From Treponema sp. (GTDB taxonomy: Bacteria > Spirochaetota > Spirochaetia > Treponematales > Breznakiellaceae): a DNA stretch of 40,978 nucleotides. Position 1 is the first letter of the stretch. Each line of letters starts with the position of its first letter. Below the pieces are notes generated by a model that ran no database searches, was not told the origin of the DNA, and saw nothing but the letters and a program-made list of their open reading frames with translations. The DNA lies in assembly GCA_031261385.1 (NCBI GenBank), contig JAISJS010000117.1:1-40978 (forward strand), in the 5' to 3' direction. Positions 7,807-12,696 of the stretch are shown piece after piece. The position numbers were made by a program, and so were the translations under genes.

Positions 7807-8850
7807 ATGAACACATACACCAAATTTTCACTTGGCGCCGGTTTCGGCGGATTTCTTTTATTGCTCATGGCGGAAACTGCACTCGGAGCCCCGGGGGACG
7901 CCGCCCTCGGGAACGGCCTTTTTGCCCGGATTACTACAACCCGCGGCGACATTGTAGTCAGGCTGGAATTCCAGAAGACCCCGCTTACCGTGACAAACTT
8001 TGTCGCCCTGGCGGAAGGCAAAATGGATTTTACCCGCGGCAAGCCTTTTTATGACGGCCTTGTCTTTCACCGGGTAATTGCCGATTTTATGATCCAGGGC
8101 GGAGACCCTCAGGGAAACGGCCGGGGCGGACCGGGGTATCAATTTCCCGACGAATTTGATCCAAGCCTTAAACACGATGGACCGGGGATACTTTCCATGG
8201 CCAACTCAGGTCCGGGAACCAACGGGAGCCAATTTTTTATCACCCATGTTGCGACCCCCTGGCTCGACGGGAAACATTCGATCTTTGGCAGAGTTGTCGA
8301 AGGCCAGAATGTAGTCGACGCAATCAAACAAGGCGACAAGATTGAAAAGATAACGATTATCCGTAACGGCCCGCTGGCAACGGCGTTCAAGGCGGACCAG
8401 ACCGCTTTTGACAGCCTTCTTGCAGAAAAGAAAAACGCCGTTGGAAACAAAACCCAAAACCAGCGTGACGCAGACCTTGCCCAAATAAAAGCAAAATATC
8501 CCAATGCCGTTCAAACGCCTTCGGGAGTTCGGTACATCGTCCAGAAACAGGGGAACGGCGTAAAGCCCGCCGCAGGGCAAACAGTCCGTGTCGCCTACAA
8601 GGGAACGCTTCTTAACGGTAATGTTTTTGACGGCACCGATTTTCACGGCGGCAAACCATTGGAGTTCAAGGCCGGCGCCGGTCAGGTTATCAAAGGCTGG
8701 GACGAGTCGGTAATGGATATGAAGGTCGGCGAAAAACGGCTGGTGATAATTCCCCCGGAACTTGCCTATGGTAACCGCGATGTCGGAAACGGGGTTATCC
8801 CGGCAAACAGCTTTTTGATTTTTGAGATGGAATTAGCCGGCATAAAATAA
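7807..8850 (+). CDS. secreted dual-domain peptidyl-prolyl isomerase (N-terminal cyclophilin, C-terminal FKBP)
   Basis: Signal peptide [28 protein letters not shown]. Cyclophilin core [15 protein letters not shown]...[16 protein letters not shown]...[12 protein letters not shown] core [18 protein letters not shown]...[37 protein letters not shown]. Confidence 0.9.
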   Translation: MNTYTKFSLGAGFGGFLLLLMAETALGAPGDAALGNGLFARITTTRGDIVVRLEFQKTPLTVTNFVALAEGKMDFTRGKPFYDGLVFHRVIADFMIQGGDPQGNGRGGPGYQFPDEFDPSLKHDGPGILSMANSGPGTNGSQFFITHVATPWLDGKHSIFGRVVEGQNVVDAIKQGDKIEKITIIRNGPLATAFKADQTAFDSLLAEKKNAVGNKTQNQRDADLAQIKAKYPNAVQTPSGVRYIVQKQGNGVKPAAGQTVRVAYKGTLLNGNVFDGTDFHGGKPLEFKAGAGQVIKGWDESVMDMKVGEKRLVIIPPELAYGNRDVGNGVIPANSFLIFEMELAGIK

Positions 8851-8876
8851 GAATGGGGGCCGCGGATTTTCGCGCA

Positions 8877-9968
8877 TTAACGCGGATAAAGAGAATATTC
8901 ATTACTTGTTAACGTAAAAATATCCCGCAGTCCGTTGGTGATTTGTACGCTGCGATCTTCAAAAATAAAAATCGCCTCAACGTTTTTAAGTGAATCGATC
9001 AGGGCGCGGCCTTTTTCGTAACCCAGCGCAAAAACCGAAGTGGACAGGCCGTCGGCGGTGGTGGAGGATTCTGCGATAATTGTAACTGAGAGAAGGCCGT
9101 TTTCCACGGGGCAGCCATCACTTGTTGAAAGGATATGGTGGTAACGTTTTCCGCCGGATTCAAAATACCGCTCATAGATCCCGCTCGTGACGACACTTTT
9201 ATTGCGAATTTGCAAAATCCCGATGTAGGCGCCCCGGCCCTGCAGCGGGTCCTGAACACCGACACGCCAGGGCCGGTCATTTTCTGAATCGCTCGCTTTG
9301 CGGCGGCCTGTGTTTTTAAAGAACCCTATGCCCCTTTTAAAATCGGCATCTCCCCTGGAGCCGGTCACGTAAATGTTTCCCCCCAGGTCGATAAGTGCCC
9401 CGCGTATCCCTGCGGCCCGCACAACAGCGGCGGCCTGATCGGCGGCATAGCCCTTGGCAATGGCCCCAAGGTCAAGCGCCTGCCCCGGGCGGCGCAACCA
9501 GGCGGTTCCCGCATCCTTGTCAATAACAAGATCCCGCCAGTCAATCAATTTTAAAGCGGCGGCAATCTCGCTTTCATCCGGGATACGGGGAGTTTCTGTG
9601 CCGATGCCCCATAACTTTACCAGTGGCCCGACAGTAGGATCAAAAGCGCCGCCGCTCAAATCGGCGTAATAGCAGGCCTGTTCCAGCACATCGATCACAT
9701 TTTGGGGGACCTTCACCGCCTGCCCCGTACCGGCGCTTTGGTTAATACGGATCACATCGGAATCCTGATTAACGCTCATCTCCCGGTCAACAGCCCGTAT
9801 GCGTGAAAAAATTTCCCCGTACCGTTTTTGCGTACCCTCTCCGTAGAGGTTTACCGTGCAGATTGTCCCCAGAACAAATTCCGATTGTGCGGGGGGCGGC
9901 TTTGTGCAGGCTGCAAGGCACAAAAGGGGGAACAGAAAAAAAATGGGGGATATTTTTACCGGGGTCAT
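8877..9968 (-). CDS. apbE: FAD:protein FMN transferase (ApbE/Ftp family) lipoprotein
   Basis: ApbE motifs GAFDPTVGPLVKLWG, LDLGAIAKGYAAD, VTSGIYERYF and HHILST. The preferred start is ATG 9968, which gives the lipoprotein signal MTPVKISPIFFLFPLLCLAAC. The longer ORF start at 10022 lies upstream of the predicted promoter. Confidence 0.85.
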   Translation of the reverse strand: MTPVKISPIFFLFPLLCLAACTKPPPAQSEFVLGTICTVNLYGEGTQKRYGEIFSRIRAVDREMSVNQDSDVIRINQSAGTGQAVKVPQNVIDVLEQACYYADLSGGAFDPTVGPLVKLWGIGTETPRIPDESEIAAALKLIDWRDLVIDKDAGTAWLRRPGQALDLGAIAKGYAADQAAAVVRAAGIRGALIDLGGNIYVTGSRGDADFKRGIGFFKNTGRRKASDSENDRPWRVGVQDPLQGRGAYIGILQIRNKSVVTSGIYERYFESGGKRYHHILSTSDGCPVENGLLSVTIIAESSTTADGLSTSVFALGYEKGRALIDSLKNVEAIFIFEDRSVQITNGLRDIFTLTSNEYSLYPR

Positions 9969-9977
9969 ATTGTTTTT

Positions 9978-10027
9978 AGTATAATCACTTTTCAAACCTT
10001 GCCAACCTGCGCGTAATGGCATATCAT
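9978..10027. promoter_or_regulatory. back-to-back divergent promoters sharing overlapping -35 boxes (apbE leftward, PilZ gene rightward)
   Basis: Plus strand: TTGCCA (9999..10004), 17-nt spacer, TATCAT (10022..10027), then 6 nt to ATG 10034. Minus strand: TTGGCA (10005..10000), 16-nt spacer, TATACT (9983..9978), then 9 nt to ATG 9968. Confidence 0.45.
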
Positions 10028-10033
10028 TAAATT

Positions 10034-10810
10034 ATGGGCAGTGAAAACAGTCAATCCGACCTGTTGGGGAAAAAAATCTTTTTTCTCCATCCTTCCGCGG
10101 TTGTTCAAAACGATATCGCGGCGGAATTGATCCAGCAGGAATATGAAGTATATACCGCCAAGGATCATGTAAACCTGCGGCGGGTTTTAAAGAAATACCC
10201 CGATTCAATCGTATTTGTAGATATTGATGAACAAATGCCGGAAAAGGACTGGGAGGCATGGATTCGGGGTGTGATGAGCGATCCTGAAACCAGCCGGGTC
10301 GGCATCGGCATACTTTCGGTAAAGGACGATGAAGTCATCCAGCGGAAATACATCAATTCAGTCAGGGTTCAGTGCGGCTATACGGTGTTAAAATCGGACC
10401 TGAAAATTTCAATCAACCAGATACTTGATATTCTTAAAGCAGTTGACGCCAAGGGTCGGCGGAAATACCTCCGGGCAAACACGGAAAACGAAACCACCAC
10501 CACGATAAACCTTCCCGTCAACGGGACCTTTGTCAACGGCACGATCAAAGATATCAGCGTTGTCGGGCTTTCCTGCGCCTTCACCGAAGATCCGGAATTG
10601 GTTAAAAACACCCTCTTTAAAGATGTCCAGGTAAAACTCCAAAGCATGCTCCTCAAGGTTGAGGGCATCGTATTCGGTTCCCGCATGGACGGGCTTGCCA
10701 AGATATACGTTCTTCTTTTTACCCAGCGTATAGACCCTGAGGTGCGGACCAAAATCAGAAAATACATCCAGCAAAATTTCCAAAGTAAAATGGATCTGGA
10801 GCTCAAGTAA
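10034..10810 (+). CDS. PilZ-domain c-di-GMP receptor with an N-terminal receiver-like domain
   Basis: 258 aa. The C-terminal half has the PilZ signature RRKYLR (RxxxR) followed by DISVVGLS (DxSxxG). The N-terminal ~120 aa has CheY-like alternation (KIFFLHP...IVFVDID...) but lacks the usual DD acidic pair. Confidence 0.65.
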   Translation: MGSENSQSDLLGKKIFFLHPSAVVQNDIAAELIQQEYEVYTAKDHVNLRRVLKKYPDSIVFVDIDEQMPEKDWEAWIRGVMSDPETSRVGIGILSVKDDEVIQRKYINSVRVQCGYTVLKSDLKISINQILDILKAVDAKGRRKYLRANTENETTTTINLPVNGTFVNGTIKDISVVGLSCAFTEDPELVKNTLFKDVQVKLQSMLLKVEGIVFGSRMDGLAKIYVLLFTQRIDPEVRTKIRKYIQQNFQSKMDLELK

Positions 10811-10811
10811 G

Positions 10812-10923
10812 AGAAGAAGGGAAAGAGATTAGCCACGAACAGCACGAACTACACGAAAGAAGATCAACCGCAGAGATCGCAGAGAGAAGCACGGAGAACA
10901 CGGAGAAAGAGGAAAACCGAAAG
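10812..10923. repeat. purine-rich repeat module, copy A (CACGAAC-heptamer arm plus CAACCGCAGAG / ACGGAGAA block)
   Basis: Aligns along its length with 12229..12344, and its head also with 15872..15927. Heptamers lie at 10834..10840, 10843..10849 and 10852..10858 (9-nt phase). Confidence 0.8.
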
Positions 10924-11093
10924 AGTGACTGTCACCTCAAAGAAGAAAGAAAACCGCGAAGTCGAAAAAGAGAAGAGAAAGAAGAATAATTGACATTCTT
11001 CACTTCTTCTTTAACTTCTTCGCCTTATTCGACTTTGCGGTTAAAAATTCTTTGTTTTCTATTCGTGTTGTTCGCAAAAGGGTGACTGACACC
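10924..11093. repeat. ~160-nt imperfect-hairpin unit, copy A, bounded by AGTGACTGTCACC and GGTGACTGACACC
   Basis: Near-identical to the units at 12345..12525 and 12513..12691. The purine-rich left arm (AACCGCGAAGTCGAA...GAAGAAT) pairs with the pyrimidine-rich right arm (ATTCTTC...TTCGACTTTGCGGTT). Confidence 0.85.
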
Positions 11094-11106
11094 AGTTAAA
11101 AATTTT

Positions 11107-11130
11107 GTGTCCTTCCTGTCCTTCGTGGTT
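11107..11130. repeat. right arm (GTGTCCTTCCTGTCCTTCGTGGTT) complementary to the CACGAAC arm at 10832..10858
   Basis: The reverse complement AACCACGAAGGACAGGAAGGACAC resembles the left arms at 12251.. and 15899... Together the arms enclose the hairpin unit, giving a nested arrangement. Confidence 0.55.
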
Positions 11131-11187
11131 GAAATTCTTCAAAAAGGTCTCCCTTGCGCAAGCAAGATCTTGACACTGATGAGAATT

Positions 11188-11586
11188 TTAACCGGCAAAT
11201 GCTTTTATTCCTAACTGTTTTTGAAGATCACCGTCAAACGTGAAAACTGAATGTCCTTTTATTTTTGCATAGCCATCTAAAATACAATCGATAAAATCAA
11301 GTTTGGTTGAAGCAAATAGATTGCAAGCATAGCGGACTATATTTGACTCATGAACCAGGTTTTCATCTATGTTTATTAGTTCTTTAATTTTTTCAGCTCT
11401 GGAGTTCCTGTCCAGATGATAAATTATATCCAGAATATACAGTGCTTCGGCTATTACCTCAATAGAAACAGCACAATCAGCAGTTGCAAGGACTCTGGCG
11501 ACCCTGTTAAACATATCAGCCTCATCATCGACCATCAGAAAACATACAACCGAATTGGTATCAAGCATTACAGTTTTTTGCGGCAT
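11188..11586 (-). CDS. vapC: PIN-domain ribonuclease toxin (VapC-like)
   Basis: From ATG 11586: MPQKTVMLDTNSVV... (PIN N-terminal Asp), then ...AVSIEVIAEAL... and ...FIDCILDGYA... acidic positions. The start lies 1 nt after the stop of the upstream small gene (TAG-A-ATG). The listed 164-aa ORF is an upstream over-extension. The gene is AT-richer than its neighbours. Confidence 0.7.
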   Translation of the reverse strand: MPQKTVMLDTNSVVCFLMVDDEADMFNRVARVLATADCAVSIEVIAEALYILDIIYHLDRNSRAEKIKELINIDENLVHESNIVRYACNLFASTKLDFIDCILDGYAKIKGHSVFTFDGDLQKQLGIKAFAG

Positions 11587-11587
11587 T

Positions 11588-11932
11588 CTATTCTCCGGTT
11601 GATGTTTCACGAATGTGCTGTGCCCAGGCTTGCTTTCCAAGCCTATAACGGTATTGCCGGTCTTCGTCGGTTTCTGCACCATCTATAACTTTTTGAGCAT
11701 CAAAATCGAACACTATTCCTTCAGCGGATTTCTGCTTTACATATTCCCGTAGAGTTTCACCTTGATATTTTATCCTGAATTTGGCTATTTTTTCTGCAAT
11801 ATTTTCTTCTGGCTGTCCTGAATTTTCAACAGGCCGGACAGTAACTTCCACCCGCTTATGCAGCATTGCAGGGGGAATCTCCATTAAAGGAATCAAAACT
11901 TCTGCTTCCATTACTTGAACTACGGCTTCCAT
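11588..11932 (-). CDS. putative antitoxin of the PIN toxin
   Basis: 114 aa, immediately upstream of and abutting the PIN gene. AGGGAGAG Shine-Dalgarno lies 6 nt before ATG 11932. The N-terminus (EVLIPLMEIPPAMLHKRVEVTVRPVE) is reminiscent of the short beta-rich AF2212/DUF104-type antitoxin fold. The C-terminal half was not recognised. Confidence 0.5.
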   Translation of the reverse strand: MEAVVQVMEAEVLIPLMEIPPAMLHKRVEVTVRPVENSGQPEENIAEKIAKFRIKYQGETLREYVKQKSAEGIVFDFDAQKVIDGAETDEDRQYRYRLGKQAWAQHIRETSTGE

Positions 11933-11954
11933 TTGATACTCTCCCTATGAAAAA

Positions 11955-11983
11955 AGAATACTACCTTTCCAATTGAAAAGCAA
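11955..11983 (-). promoter_or_regulatory. candidate promoter of the toxin-antitoxin operon (TTGCTT-17-TATTCT)
   Basis: Minus strand: -35 at 11983..11978, 17-nt spacer, -10 at 11960..11955, about 20 nt upstream of the Shine-Dalgarno and ATG. Confidence 0.3.
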
Positions 11984-12224
11984 TATGTACGGAGGAAGGA
12001 GAATCAAGAAATCGGTGACACCAATTTTCCTCCAGGCGGAGGGTTTTTGTTTGGCGTGGCGCCTTGGGCCAGGGGCCTAGCCGAGTTAGTTTTCTTTCGA
12101 CTTGAAATAAAGCAGCGTGTCGCGCACCAATTTCGCAGCCGAAGCGCCGGCCTCCGCCCCAACCTCGCGCGAGCGTCCATAAATCCATTCCTCTCGGCAA
12201 ACGGCCCGAAGAGACGTATGAACG

Positions 12225-12344
12225 CGGATAAAGATGAAGGGAAAGGGATTAACCACGAACTTCACGAACGAAGACGAAAGAAGATCAACCGCAGAGAGCG
12301 CAGAGAGGAACACGGAGAAAGAGGAGAAAGAGGAAAACCGAAAG
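12225..12344. repeat. purine-rich repeat module, copy B
   Basis: Aligns with 10812..10923. CACGAAC at 12254..12260 and 12263..12269, and GACGAAA at 12273..12279. Followed by CAACCGCAGAGAGCGCAGAGAGG and (A)GGA-rich GAACACGGAGAAAGAGGAGAAAGAGGAAAACCG. Confidence 0.8.
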
Positions 12345-12525
12345 GGTGACTGACACCTCAAAGAAGAAAGAAAACCGCGAAGTAAAAGAAGTCGAAAAAG
12401 GGAAGAGAAAGGCTCGGATAATTTACATTCTTCACTTCTTCTTTAACTTCTTCGCCTTATTCGACTTTGCGGTTAAAAATTCTTTGTTTTCTATTTGTGT
12501 TGTTCCCAAAAAGGTGACTGACACC
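12345..12525. repeat. hairpin unit copy B1 (GGTGACTGACACC ... GGTGACTGACACC)
   Basis: 168-nt period to the next 13-mer. It differs from B2 and A by small indels (GTAAAAGAA insertion, GGCTCGGATAATTTACA versus GAAGAATAATTGACA). Confidence 0.85.
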
Positions 12526-12691
12526 TCAAAGAAGAAAGAAAACCGCGAAGTCGAAAAAGTCGAAAAAGGGAAGAGAAAGAAGAATAATTGACATTCTTCA
12601 CTTCTTCTTTAACTTCTTCGCCTTATTCGACTTTGCGGTTAAAAATTCTTTGTTTTCTATTCGTGTTGTTCGCAAAAAGGTGACTGACACC
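12513..12691. repeat. hairpin unit copy B2, in tandem with B1 and sharing the central 13-mer
   Basis: 166-nt period. Essentially identical to copy A apart from a duplicated GTCGAAAAA. It ends 5 nt from the stop codon (12697..12699) of the lipoprotein gene. Confidence 0.85.
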
Positions 12692-12696
12692 ATCTG

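Noticed and set aside
9969-10022. N-terminal extensions of listed ORFs: apbE to 10022, PIN to 11682, nitroreductase from 23432, Nif3 to 27641, lspA to 26781, MoeA-PBP to 34646, and the small membrane protein to 26311.
   Set aside because: The extensions use TTG/GTG or lie upstream of the predicted promoter or within repeats. Internal ATGs have better Shine-Dalgarno or promoter geometry and give canonical N-termini (lipoprotein signal, PIN MLDTN, nitroreductase RRSVKKY).
12029-12052. CCTCC-AGGC-GGAGG followed by a T-tract, as an intrinsic terminator.
   Set aside because: It has only a 5-bp stem and faces the plus strand, where no upstream gene feeds into it. It is reported only as part of the unassigned spacer.
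12047-12591. ORFs read through the repeats: 12047..12349, 12086..12361 and 12346..12591, including a hydrophobic stretch ILHFFFNFFALFDFAV that could mimic a type I toxin.
   Set aside because: Indels between copies A, B1 and B2 shift or close every frame (for example KKNN-stop in B2). The peptides are therefore not conserved, and the composition is repeat-driven.
10812-12691. The repeat blocks as integron attC sites. The layout is cassette-like with a TA cassette, and as I recall Treponema denticola carries a chromosomal integron.
   Set aside because: No intI is in the window. I could not find the inverse-core/core pair (RYYYAAC / GTTRRRY) in proper positions; only a loose GTTAAAA is present. 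The units are larger than typical attC sites, occur in tandem and come in several families, and the cargo genes are not all co-oriented. It is kept only as a remote alternative.
12345-12691. The tandem repeats as a CRISPR array.
   Set aside because: The period is ~166 nt with no unique spacers between units, the units are long imperfect palindromes, and no cas genes are present.
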